Source: Candidatus Spongiisociaceae bacterium
GTDB lineage: Bacteria; Actinomycetota; Acidimicrobiia; Spongiisociales; Spongiisociaceae
Assembly: GCA_965219685.1 (NCBI GenBank)
Contig: CBDCOH010000002.1
Span: forward strand, 4,128,001 to 4,192,000
Length of the DNA: 64,000 nt
Direction of reading: 5' to 3'
Under the pieces are notes generated by a model. That model ran no database searches. It had not been told where the DNA came from and saw only the letters and a list, made by a program, of their open reading frames with translations. Positions 19,973-28,735 of the stretch are shown one piece after another (the first letter of the stretch is position 1; each line of letters begins with the position of its first letter). A program made the position numbers and the translations under genes.

Positions 19973-20374
19973 ATGCAACTCGATACCGCACTTGAGATAG
20001 TCGAAGCCGCCCGGAAGACCGCGGACGAACTCGGCGTGCCGATGGCGATCGCCGTCGTCGATTCCGGCAAGCATCCAGTAGCGATGTTGCGGATGGACGG
20101 CGCGCTCCCGGTCGCGGTCGATACGGTGCTCGCCAAGGCGCGTACCGCGGTGCAGTTCGGCTGCCCGACCGGCGAGGTGCTGGAAGCTGCCAGGACCAAC
20201 CCGACCGTTTACGACTCCTTCCTCACCGCCACACCGGACCCGATGGTCTATTCCCGCGGCGGTATCCCCCTGCGGGTCGACGGAGTGCTCATCGGCGCGG
20301 TCGCCGCCTCGGGAGCCGACGGCGACCTCGACGAGCAGGTGGCGGGAGCCGGCGCCCGGCTGCTACACGATTAG
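19973..20374 (+). CDS. GlcG/HbpS-family heme-binding protein
   Basis: 'IAVVDSG', 'RMDGA', 'KARTA', 'GGIPL..IGAVAASG'. Confidence 0.9.
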   Translation: MQLDTALEIVEAARKTADELGVPMAIAVVDSGKHPVAMLRMDGALPVAVDTVLAKARTAVQFGCPTGEVLEAARTNPTVYDSFLTATPDPMVYSRGGIPLRVDGVLIGAVAASGADGDLDEQVAGAGARLLHD

Positions 20375-20465
20375 TTCCTAGTCGGTAGTTGGTAATAGAT
20401 AGTTAACACTAACCACCGCTCACCAACTAACACCTAGCACCCAACACCTAGCTTGCTAGGAACTA
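20372..20465. repeat. Intergenic element with 10-bp terminal inverted repeats enclosing degenerate heptamer arrays
   Basis: TAGTTCCTAG (20372-20381) ... CTAGGAACTA (20456-20465). Confidence 0.65.
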
Positions 20466-20470
20466 GCCAT

Positions 20471-21349
20471 CTAGGGCACCGGCCGTATCTCGAAGACCAT
20501 CGTGATGCGGGACGTGACGGTCTCGGCACCGCCGAACACGGGCGTGGGTACGGAACCCGAGTCGTCCAAGGCACTCTCGGCCGCGGCGAACCTCTCACTG
20601 TCTCCGTAGGGGTCGTAGGCGGATCCCGGCATCATTTTGGCTATCCGCACGATCTCGAACCCCATGTGGTCTGCGATGGCTTGGGCGGTCGCCCGGGCAT
20701 CGTCGATGGCGTCGAGCAGCGCCAGCCTCTCGAACTCGGCGCGGCGGGAGACGGTGAAGTCCAGTCCCTGGAAGCGGACGTTGTCGCCTCCGGCCGTGAT
20801 CACCATATCGACCAGCCCGCCGGCGAATCCCGTGCCGCGGATGCCGATCGTCAGCCGGTTCTCGTAGAGGAAGCCCTGTGAGACGCGGCCCTGTTCGGTC
20901 CAGTCGAATTCCTCCTGGATGCGGATGCCCACGGTCTGCAGGCCGCCCGGGGAGATACATGTGGGAGGGGTCGTGTGATCGGCGTCCTCCGGTTCCCCCT
21001 CCGTACACTTCTCCGCAACCTCATCGGCAATGGCCTGGACCGTCTTGTTGCCGTCCGACACCGCTTTGATGAGCGAGTCTCGCAGCACGCTCACGGTGAA
21101 CCTGCCGATGGCTCCGTCATAGTTGACGCTCCGCGAGCCGATCCCGTCCACGGTGAGTTCGGTCAGTGCCTTCTCTGCGGACCAGACGTCCACCGGCTTC
21201 CCCGGTGCTTCGCCGTCCACCCCGTTGGCTCGTGCCGAGCGGGTGAGTGCAGGCGCGCTGACGAGTGCCAGCGCGACGAGCGCCGCCGTCCAGGCTGCGA
21301 TCATCCGGCGCACGCCGGGAGTCCGTATGGCTTCCATCATGTCGATCAC
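20471..21349 (-). CDS. SIMPL/DUF541 domain secreted protein
   Basis: Signal-peptide-like N-terminus; 'ALLDAIDDARATAQAIA', 'TVTSRITMVFEI'. Confidence 0.8.
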   Translation of the reverse strand: MIDMMEAIRTPGVRRMIAAWTAALVALALVSAPALTRSARANGVDGEAPGKPVDVWSAEKALTELTVDGIGSRSVNYDGAIGRFTVSVLRDSLIKAVSDGNKTVQAIADEVAEKCTEGEPEDADHTTPPTCISPGGLQTVGIRIQEEFDWTEQGRVSQGFLYENRLTIGIRGTGFAGGLVDMVITAGGDNVRFQGLDFTVSRRAEFERLALLDAIDDARATAQAIADHMGFEIVRIAKMMPGSAYDPYGDSERFAAAESALDDSGSVPTPVFGGAETVTSRITMVFEIRPVP

Positions 21350-21512
21350 TCCTTGTCGTTGCTCGCCGACCCGGTGTCGGACGGGCTCCTGAATACCCTA
21401 CGCTGGTACGACGGTCTAAGTGCTCCCGGCGGTTCCCTCAAAACGATCGTGTTGAACAATCGGCGCACAACCACGCGCAACGCGGCGGGGACTCGATCGA
21501 GTAGTTTCCGGT

Positions 21513-21549
21513 CTGCTAACTACAACTACTAACTGCTAACTATCGACTA
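21513..21549. repeat. Degenerate heptamer array at the PrpD stop codon
   Basis: CTGCTAA/CTACAA/CTACTAA/CTGCTAA/CTATCGA. Confidence 0.55.
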
Positions 21550-22887
21550 TAGGAGCTCGGCCAGATCGTGGACGTTCGGGACGGCGTCGATCGACCACAG
21601 GGCTTCGATCAACCGGGTGGCCCTCTGTTCACCCACCACGGGTGCAACCTGCCGGAGGAACTTGTCGTCAAGCACCCCCTTGGGCATCGGGTTGCCGGGC
21701 CCTCCGACTGCGTCGCGCATGGTGACCGATCGCCGGTGGATCCTGCCACGCGTGCTGATCGTGACCGTGTTGATGACGTCCGCCAGGTAGCGGGAGTCCC
21801 AGATCCGGGTGGACTCCCGGTCCTCTTCGATCTCGATGCGGGCAGCCAGCCGGCGCACGACCGGATCGGCCAGCCGTTCCGCGGTGAACCACTCGGGTCC
21901 CGGCTCGACGTCGAGGATGGCCAGCGCGGCTGCCCACTGGACGCTGTAGATCGCTTCCCAGTAGGTCCGGGGGTTCGGATCGAACATGTGCGGCTTGAGG
22001 TAGAAGGCCGGCAGGCCGAGGACGATGCGGTCGAGCTCGTCCACCGACAGGCCGTACTCTGCGATGAGGTCCTGGAGCAACTGGAGGGCCCCGTGGCATT
22101 GGCGGCTGGCGGGCCACATCTTGAGCTGGAGTTGGTCAGCGGTGTAGAGGAAGGGTTCGGGCGACGAATCCAGTTCCTCGAGCCGGTACTCGTCTTCCCG
22201 ATGTTCGAGTTCGTCGGGTAGTTCGCCGAACCCGTTCATGGCGAGCAGGGCGGACTGGATACCCGACTGGCATTGCCAGAGGTTGCCGAAACCGATCCGG
22301 CTGATCCGCTTGGGGGCCGGAGGCCGCATCAGCAGGGACTTACGCACCGGGTAGTTCCAGCTCAGGCCGAGCGCCAGGTTGGTCGTCTCCCGGTCGAGAC
22401 CCAGTAGCCGGGCCGCGGCCAGGGTAAGGCAGACCGGGATGTGCCGCTGGATGTCACCGGCCCGGTTCGCGTAGTGGAAGCGGGCGTTTATCTCGTACAC
22501 GATGCACGCCGTGGCGAGGATCTCGGCGCCGCTCGCCCCGGTGCGTTGACCGACTGCCAGCAGGGTGTGGATGAGCGACGGTGCAATGTGCAGGCCGGGC
22601 CCGCCCTCCTCGAAGTCCATCGTCCGTGCCATCTGGGCGTTGATACCGGCGGCCAGCTCGCAGCCGGTCCTCAGACCGCCGCCGATAACCACCGCCTCGG
22701 CCCGGGCCCCCACCTCGCAAGCGTAGGCAGCGAGTTGGCGGCCGATGACCGGCCAGCCCCCGTAGGTGGTCCCGACGGTGTCGACGAAGGCGCGGCGCAT
22801 CCGATCCAAGGCCGCATCGGGGATGTCTCCGAGGTCGGTGTCCATCGTCTCGGCGATGAGAGACCGGGTTGTGCCCACGACCCTCAT
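21547..22887 (-). CDS. MmgE/PrpD family protein
   Basis: 'AFVDTVG', 'ARTMDFEE..GLH', 'LKMWPAS', 'GGPGNPM..LDDKF'. Confidence 0.85.
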   Translation of the reverse strand: MRVVGTTRSLIAETMDTDLGDIPDAALDRMRRAFVDTVGTTYGGWPVIGRQLAAYACEVGARAEAVVIGGGLRTGCELAAGINAQMARTMDFEEGGPGLHIAPSLIHTLLAVGQRTGASGAEILATACIVYEINARFHYANRAGDIQRHIPVCLTLAAARLLGLDRETTNLALGLSWNYPVRKSLLMRPPAPKRISRIGFGNLWQCQSGIQSALLAMNGFGELPDELEHREDEYRLEELDSSPEPFLYTADQLQLKMWPASRQCHGALQLLQDLIAEYGLSVDELDRIVLGLPAFYLKPHMFDPNPRTYWEAIYSVQWAAALAILDVEPGPEWFTAERLADPVVRRLAARIEIEEDRESTRIWDSRYLADVINTVTISTRGRIHRRSVTMRDAVGGPGNPMPKGVLDDKFLRQVAPVVGEQRATRLIEALWSIDAVPNVHDLAELL

Positions 22888-23921
22888 CCAGCCGCGGCGC
22901 CCCGGACGGGGACCCCCACTAGGACCGAGAGGGTCGAACCCTCCTCGACCGGGATGATCCGCCCCAACCGGAGCCCGCTCCGCCCGAAGAGGGACCGGAA
23001 CTCGGCTGCGGTACGTTCCCTCCCACGCGTCAACACCATCATCCCGACGTCCTGCGCCTTGTGTGGATCCGGTTCGTTACCCGGCCTCATGACGGCCTCG
23101 ACAACCAGTACCCGTCCAGCGCTGCGGGCGGCAGCCCGGCAGCGATCGAGTAGGTCCGCCGCGGTGGCGTCATCCCAATCATGGACGATCCGCTTCAGCA
23201 CGTAGGCGTTGGCGTCCGCGGGCACCGACTCGAAGAAGTCTCCGGCTACCACGCGGCATCGGTCCAGCAGGTCCACATCGAGATGGTCGGGGGCGGCCAC
23301 TACCTGGGGCTGGTCGAACAGGATGCCCTCCACGTCCGGGTACCGGCTCAGAACCGCGGCCAGAAGACCACCGGTGCCGCCGCCGACATCCACGACCAGC
23401 TGATGGCGCCCGAAGTCGTAGGCCGCCGCAACGGCCGCGTCCTCGGGACCGGATATCTGCGCCATCGCCCTGTCGAAGGCCTGGTTGGCATCGGGGTTCT
23501 CGGCCAGGTAGTCGAACAGGGGCAGGCCGTGGGCTCGCTCGAATGCCGCCTCCCCGGTCATCACCGTGTGGGGAAGCTCCCCGTAGCTGGCCCAGATGAG
23601 GTTCTGCCATGCCAGACGTAGCCTGTCCCGCAGCGAGCCTTCGACGTTGGATCGGAGGATCGATGCCGCGGAGGTGAGGTGGAAGCGGCGCTTGTCGTCC
23701 TCCGAGAATATCCCGCGGGCGGCCAGCATCCGCAGGATCCGGTAGAGGGAGTCGGCGTGTGCTCCGGTGGCGGCCGCCAGTTCGCCCGCGGTCATCGGTC
23801 GCTCGGCGACTAGGTCCGCGATCCCCAACTCCACGACGACGTGCAGGCAGCGGGCCACGGCAACGCTTCCGAGGATCTCGTGGATCGCCGCCGGGTCCGC
23901 CTGCTCGCTGCGTTGCGCCAT
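22884..23921 (-). CDS. SAM-dependent O-methyltransferase with dimerisation domain
   Basis: 'VVDVGGGTG', 'GDFFESVP', 'LKRIVHDW', 'RERTAAEF'. Confidence 0.93.
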   Translation of the reverse strand: MAQRSEQADPAAIHEILGSVAVARCLHVVVELGIADLVAERPMTAGELAAATGAHADSLYRILRMLAARGIFSEDDKRRFHLTSAASILRSNVEGSLRDRLRLAWQNLIWASYGELPHTVMTGEAAFERAHGLPLFDYLAENPDANQAFDRAMAQISGPEDAAVAAAYDFGRHQLVVDVGGGTGGLLAAVLSRYPDVEGILFDQPQVVAAPDHLDVDLLDRCRVVAGDFFESVPADANAYVLKRIVHDWDDATAADLLDRCRAAARSAGRVLVVEAVMRPGNEPDPHKAQDVGMMVLTRGRERTAAEFRSLFGRSGLRLGRIIPVEEGSTLSVLVGVPVRGAAAG

Positions 23922-23983
23922 GCACGGCACTGTAGACCGGTCCGGTTGCGGTGGCAGGCGTCTCGGTATCACAATCACCCCCG

Positions 23984-25327
23984 ATGAGCGTCACGCGCGT
24001 ACTCGCAGACGAGATAGTCGGGACGGACCCGGCATCGATTCCCGACGAGGCCATGGATCTCGTGAGGGCGATGTTCGTCGATCACGTCGGGATTGCCTTC
24101 ATGGGTCATCAGTTCACCGGAGAGGGGCTGATCGGGTACGCCCGCGATCTAGGCGGTGCAGCGGAGGCTCTGCTCCTGGGGACGGACGTCTACGCCCCCA
24201 TGGAGATCGCCGCGGGAGTGAACGGGCAGTTGGCCCAGAACGCCGGCATGGAGAACACCGGTCCCGGCCTCCACGCCGGCCCCCTCGTCGTACACGCCGC
24301 TCTGGCAGTGGGACAGAAGACCGGAGCGAGCGGAGCCGATGTGCTGGCGGCGATCGCTCTCGGATACGACCTGAACGCCCGTTTCCACCTGGCCCGCACC
24401 GCCGACGAGGACCTTCGCCATCTGACCATGGTGGGCGCGGCGGTGGCCGCCAGGTTGCTCCGCCTTGACGTGGACACCACTGCGGATGCTCTCTCGATGG
24501 CGTGGGAGTTCCCGATGCGCCAACGGCTGTACCTCAAGCCCAAGGTTCCCAAGCGGGTCAGCGCCTTCCCGATGGGTCACCTCTTCACCGCCAGGAGCGG
24601 CATCCAGGCGGCTCTCATGGCCCGGTACGGATACCCGAACCTGGCGGATGAGATCGACCAGCTGGGGGACGAGTACGACCTCGACGCCCTCACGCGGAGA
24701 TCCCCCGGTTACGAGTCGATCACCCGCGGGCTCTTCCTCAAGCCGTATGTGGCCAGCCACCTGTGTCACATGGTCCTGCAGACCGTCTCGGAGCTCGTGG
24801 ACGCGAACGAGATCGCTCCCGGGGAGATCACCCGGGTAGAGGTGGGGCTGCCGCACATCTACACGATTCCCCACCAGAGCGATCCCTCACCGGAGACGTT
24901 CTGGGAGAGCATCTACAGCGCCGAGTGGGCGATCTCGATGGTGGCCCATCGCGTACCTCCCGGACCCGACTGGTGTACGCCCGGGCGATTGGCCGACCCT
25001 TCTTCGAGAGCCTTGGCGCGGAGGGTTCGCATCGTCGAGCACCCGCCTGCAACCGCCGCCCTGGCGCGGAAGGACTTCCTCGCGGTGGACGGCTGGGTCC
25101 GGCTCGAGACGGGCGGACGGGTTCTGACGGGAACCAAGACGATGGCGGAGACCTATGGCAGCCCGACCACCCCCATGACCTCCATGATGCTCGAGGAGAA
25201 GTTCCTCCGGGTCAGCGAGCCCACCCTTGGACGCCGCAGAGCCCAGTCAGCGTGGAGTCAGTTGAGCCGGGTCGATGAGTGTGGCGACGTAAGGGAACTG
25301 ACCCCCGTCCTACACCTGTCTCGCTAG
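23984..25327 (+). CDS. MmgE/PrpD family protein (paralog)
   Basis: 'MFVDHVG', 'GPGLH', 'LKPYVAS', 'GSPTTPM..LEEKF'. Confidence 0.85.
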   Translation: MSVTRVLADEIVGTDPASIPDEAMDLVRAMFVDHVGIAFMGHQFTGEGLIGYARDLGGAAEALLLGTDVYAPMEIAAGVNGQLAQNAGMENTGPGLHAGPLVVHAALAVGQKTGASGADVLAAIALGYDLNARFHLARTADEDLRHLTMVGAAVAARLLRLDVDTTADALSMAWEFPMRQRLYLKPKVPKRVSAFPMGHLFTARSGIQAALMARYGYPNLADEIDQLGDEYDLDALTRRSPGYESITRGLFLKPYVASHLCHMVLQTVSELVDANEIAPGEITRVEVGLPHIYTIPHQSDPSPETFWESIYSAEWAISMVAHRVPPGPDWCTPGRLADPSSRALARRVRIVEHPPATAALARKDFLAVDGWVRLETGGRVLTGTKTMAETYGSPTTPMTSMMLEEKFLRVSEPTLGRRRAQSAWSQLSRVDECGDVRELTPVLHLSR

Positions 25328-25343
25328 CAACCGGCAACCGGCC

Positions 25344-26036
25344 CTACTCCTCCTCGAGCCAGACCAGTTCGTAGTTGACCTTCCAGTCGCCGCCGACGAA
25401 GCCCTTCACGAACAGGTAGTAGCCGTCGGCGGATACCCACACGTCGTAGGGTGGATGATCGTTGGAAGTCTCGACGAACCGTACGTGATGGCACGGGAAG
25501 GTTCCCGAGCGGACCGTGATCTCCTCGTCGCCCAGGTACTCGACGCTCGCCCCGACGAACTCGAGATGAGGTCCGGTGGCGCCGATGTGATGAGAGGAGC
25601 AGAACGGCATGTTCTCCAGGCTCTGGCGCCCGGTCTGGGTGTAGTCGAGTCTGGCCAGGATCCAGGCATCCGATTGCAGGGCGTGGGTTCCGAGGGTGGC
25701 CGAAGAGGACTCACGTGAGGCGTTCTGGGAGATCCTCCCCGCGTCGGTCAGGGCCTCGCATTCGATCGAGTCGTCGGTGAACCTGTACCAGGCCGTGCCC
25801 TGGGTGTTGTCGTCGACCATGACCCGGATGGAGGCGTCGCGTGGTGAGTAGTCCTCGTCCATCGCCAGGACGACATCCCGGATGATCCTGTTGTCGTACA
25901 GTTGGCAGAACGACCGCAGCACCCTCAGGCCGTCGCCGTGCGTGGTGATGGTGAAGTCCTCCCGGCTGCGCTTGTGGTCCTCGTCGCGTTCCTGGTACCA
26001 GGAGACGATCCGTCCCCTCAACGTGGTGTGATCCAT
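25344..26036 (-). CDS. Hypothetical protein (beta-strand rich)
   Basis: GGGAG RBS, strong GC3 codon bias, no family recognised. Confidence 0.7.
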   Translation of the reverse strand: MDHTTLRGRIVSWYQERDEDHKRSREDFTITTHGDGLRVLRSFCQLYDNRIIRDVVLAMDEDYSPRDASIRVMVDDNTQGTAWYRFTDDSIECEALTDAGRISQNASRESSSATLGTHALQSDAWILARLDYTQTGRQSLENMPFCSSHHIGATGPHLEFVGASVEYLGDEEITVRSGTFPCHHVRFVETSNDHPPYDVWVSADGYYLFVKGFVGGDWKVNYELVWLEEE

Positions 26037-26204
26037 CTTGGCGCTCTCCCTGAATCTCGCGAATGTGATCACTCTATCGAACCGGAATGTTCTGCCGTCG
26101 GTGCTCCGTTGTCTTCCCGTTCCGGGGATGGGAGGGGGTGAGCCCTCAACACCGAACGCTGTCGCATCGCGGTGGGAGGATCAGAGCCGGCAGTCCGCCG
26201 ATGC

Positions 26205-27110
26205 CTAGCCGAAGTCGATTGCGTCGAAGCCGTCGGGGAACGCCGGGGGAGTGTCATGCCAGTCGACCGCCATTGCGCTCGAGGAGCGGCAGAGGCCGAT
26301 GACGTAGGTGTCGGTTCCGGATCCGGGGCCGGAGTGGCCGATCTCCGCCGGTCGGTAGAAGTATCCCCCCGCTTCGTACGGGATCATCCTCGTCCCGTCC
26401 GGGAACACCTCGCCGTTCTGTATCGCCCCCTCCAGAAAGTACACCTCCTCCGCGCAGGGGTGCGTCTCCCACTTGCTGATCTCCCTGCCCCAGTGGATGA
26501 GGCCGATGATCCAGGTGCGGGCCCCGTTGTCCGGATCCTCGGCCAATCGCTTGTGCAACAGGCCGGGGGTGACCCCCGGCGTGGTGGATGCGACCCAGCT
26601 CATCTCGTGCAAGGACAGGGGTTCGAGATCGTCCGGCTCGGTCCGACTCTTGTCGGGAACCATCTCCAGGCGACCGTTGGAGAACATGAGGAAGCGGCAT
26701 CCTGAGTCGCCCGCCTCGATACCCGACACGGTGGTTCCGGCGGGGACCCGCAGGTAGCTGTAATGCCGGAGAGTCTCGTCCCCGACGCGCAACTCACCCT
26801 TGAGGACGAACACTTCGGTGACGGTGGAGAACGACTTGGCACCTTCGGAGGACCACCCACCCGGCGCGGTCACCACCTGCGACACCGACCCGTCGGCTGA
26901 TCGGCTGAGAACCCTTGTGGTGGGGCCATCGAGCATGCCGGGCACTCTCAGGGGCTGGTCGACGAGCGCGTCCGTTCGGACCCCGGCCAGGAACGTCGTC
27001 GATCGGTCAAACTCCTCAGGTCCCAAAGTGCCTCCTGCGCCGCGCTCCCGCAACCGTATCAGCCTGCCGGCGTGACCGCGCCACTCCATCGGATGACGGG
27101 CGACCGGCAA
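26205..27110 (-). CDS. Bicupin protein (DUF4437/ChrR-like); start uncertain
   Basis: 'EVFVLKGEL', 'HPCAEEVYFLEG', 'GGYFYRPAEIGHSG'. Confidence 0.75.
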   Translation of the reverse strand: MPVARHPMEWRGHAGRLIRLRERGAGGTLGPEEFDRSTTFLAGVRTDALVDQPLRVPGMLDGPTTRVLSRSADGSVSQVVTAPGGWSSEGAKSFSTVTEVFVLKGELRVGDETLRHYSYLRVPAGTTVSGIEAGDSGCRFLMFSNGRLEMVPDKSRTEPDDLEPLSLHEMSWVASTTPGVTPGLLHKRLAEDPDNGARTWIIGLIHWGREISKWETHPCAEEVYFLEGAIQNGEVFPDGTRMIPYEAGGYFYRPAEIGHSGPGSGTDTYVIGLCRSSSAMAVDWHDTPPAFPDGFDAIDFG

Positions 27111-27135
27111 ACTGACAACCGGCTACGATGCAGGG

Positions 27136-27606
27136 ATGCTGCTGCCGAACAGTCCCGCACCCCAGTTCACCCTTCTGGATCAGGAAGGGGCGGAGGTCCG
27201 ACTATCCGACTTTCGCGGGCGGTGGGTGGTCCTCTGGTGGTATGCGAAAGCGGCGACCGAGGGCTGAAGGCGCGAGGGTGTGGGGTTCCGTGCCAGAACC
27301 CCTGAATTCGAGTCAGAGGATGTGGTTATCCTGGGAGCCTCCTACGACAAGCCGGCGGAGAACCGCGCGTGGCATGAGGATATGGGCTTCGGGTTCCGGC
27401 TCCTGTCGGACACCGATCGCACTGCTGCGGAAGCGTACGGGGTTGTCAGGCCGCCGACCGACCGGTTCGCCGCCTACCCCGCGCGCGCCACTTTCGTCAT
27501 CGATCCGGCCGGGCTGGTCGGTTTGGTGTACGTGGTGGCGGGTAGCCAGATCGACAGCCACGCCTCCACGGTCCTCGAGGATCTGCGCATCCTCAAGCTG
27601 GAGTGA
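27136..27606 (+). CDS. bcp: Peroxiredoxin Q/BCP with selenocysteine (in-frame TGA at 27265-27267)
   Basis: Reads MLLPNSPAPQFTLLDQEGAEVRLSDFRGRWVVLWWYAKAATEG-TGA-RREGVGFR..VILGASYD..RATFVIDPAG. The TGA occupies the peroxidatic Cys position of the TxGC motif. Confidence 0.88.
27268..27302 (+). promoter_or_regulatory. Candidate bacterial SECIS hairpin
   Basis: GGGGTTC-CGTGCCA-GAACCCC (27282-27302), starting 14 nt after the UGA. Confidence 0.65.
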
Positions 27607-27825
27607 CGGTACTCGCTTTCCCGACCCTGATTGCTGGACGAGTGGTTCCAAGGGATCTCACCGGAAGCGACAGCACTGTACTATTGGTACACAACGATGT
27701 ACAACGCACCTGTAGCTTGTACTTGCCTGTGCTTGGGCTCGGATTCACCCACTTCGACTTTCAGGACAGCCCTCTGCGCCACCGCGAAACCCGAACCGCG
27801 CTCCAGAGACCGGAAAGACCCGATC

Positions 27826-27871
27826 TAACGCCAACCACCGATCCCCCGACTACCGACTAGGAACTAATCGT
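27826..27871. repeat. Degenerate heptamer array with conserved terminal 23-mer
   Basis: 27849-27871 is the exact reverse complement of 20367-20389. Confidence 0.65.
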
Positions 27872-28708
27872 CTAGGACGGATCGGGGTAGGCAGCCACGA
27901 TCTGGCGGGATCTGCGGACCACAGCTTCGTCGATCATGCGACCGTGCTCGTCGACGATGATGCCGCGCCCGGAAGCGACGGCCCGGTCGTAGGCCTCGAC
28001 CATCCGGCGCGCCTCCTCCAACTCGCCGGCGCCGGGTGTGAAGGTCTCGTTGATGATCCGGATGTGGGCCGGATGGATGGCGGAACGGCCCGCGAAACCC
28101 GTGTCCGCCAGTTCCTGCGTGGAGCGCCTGAGTTCGTCGAGGGTGCTCATGTCCAGATTGGTGTAGACCGGCCCGATCGGGCCTCCTATCCCTGCGGCCG
28201 CCGACGCCCACACCAGCATGGACCGGGGGGCGAGCCAGGCAGGATGTTCCGGCGGCACGGACATCCCGAGGTCGGCGCCCATGTCCGCCTCGCCTGCCAT
28301 CAGGCGGATCACCCGTTCATGAGCCGCCATCGACGGTGCATCGAGCAGTCCCCGACCGCTCTCGACCAGGGCAGTGAGACCAATGCCTTCTGCAGCCCCG
28401 GCATCGGCGATCCGTTCGATGAGCCGGATGTCGGCCTTGGGGACCACGATCGTGTCGATGTCGAGTCCGGCGAGAGCGTCGAGGTCCGACGAGAGGTGGT
28501 CCGGGTGGCTGTTGATCCTCACGCCCACGCTTGCACCGTCGTGTTTCAGTCGAGGGATCGCCCTCTGCGCCTCCCGGCGGGCCAGTTGCTTGGAGCCCAC
28601 GGCAACCGCGTCCTCCAGATCGACCAGCACCAGGTCGGCCTGGCGCTGCGCCGCCTTCACCAGCATCTTCGGCCGGTCGGCCGGTACGTACAGGACACTG
28701 CGGATCAT
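27872..28708 (-). CDS. CitE/HpcH-family CoA ester lyase
   Basis: 'RSVLYVPADRP', 'DLEDAV', 'VRIN', 'AIHP', 'GRMIDEA'. Confidence 0.92.
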   Translation of the reverse strand: MIRSVLYVPADRPKMLVKAAQRQADLVLVDLEDAVAVGSKQLARREAQRAIPRLKHDGASVGVRINSHPDHLSSDLDALAGLDIDTIVVPKADIRLIERIADAGAAEGIGLTALVESGRGLLDAPSMAAHERVIRLMAGEADMGADLGMSVPPEHPAWLAPRSMLVWASAAAGIGGPIGPVYTNLDMSTLDELRRSTQELADTGFAGRSAIHPAHIRIINETFTPGAGELEEARRMVEAYDRAVASGRGIIVDEHGRMIDEAVVRRSRQIVAAYPDPS

Positions 28709-28735
28709 CGGACGGAATCGTAGTGCTGGTGGCCG

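Noticed and set aside
27128-27715. 195-aa ORF 'MQGCCCRT..' from the ORF track
   Set aside because: Off-frame shadow of the selenocysteine peroxiredoxin
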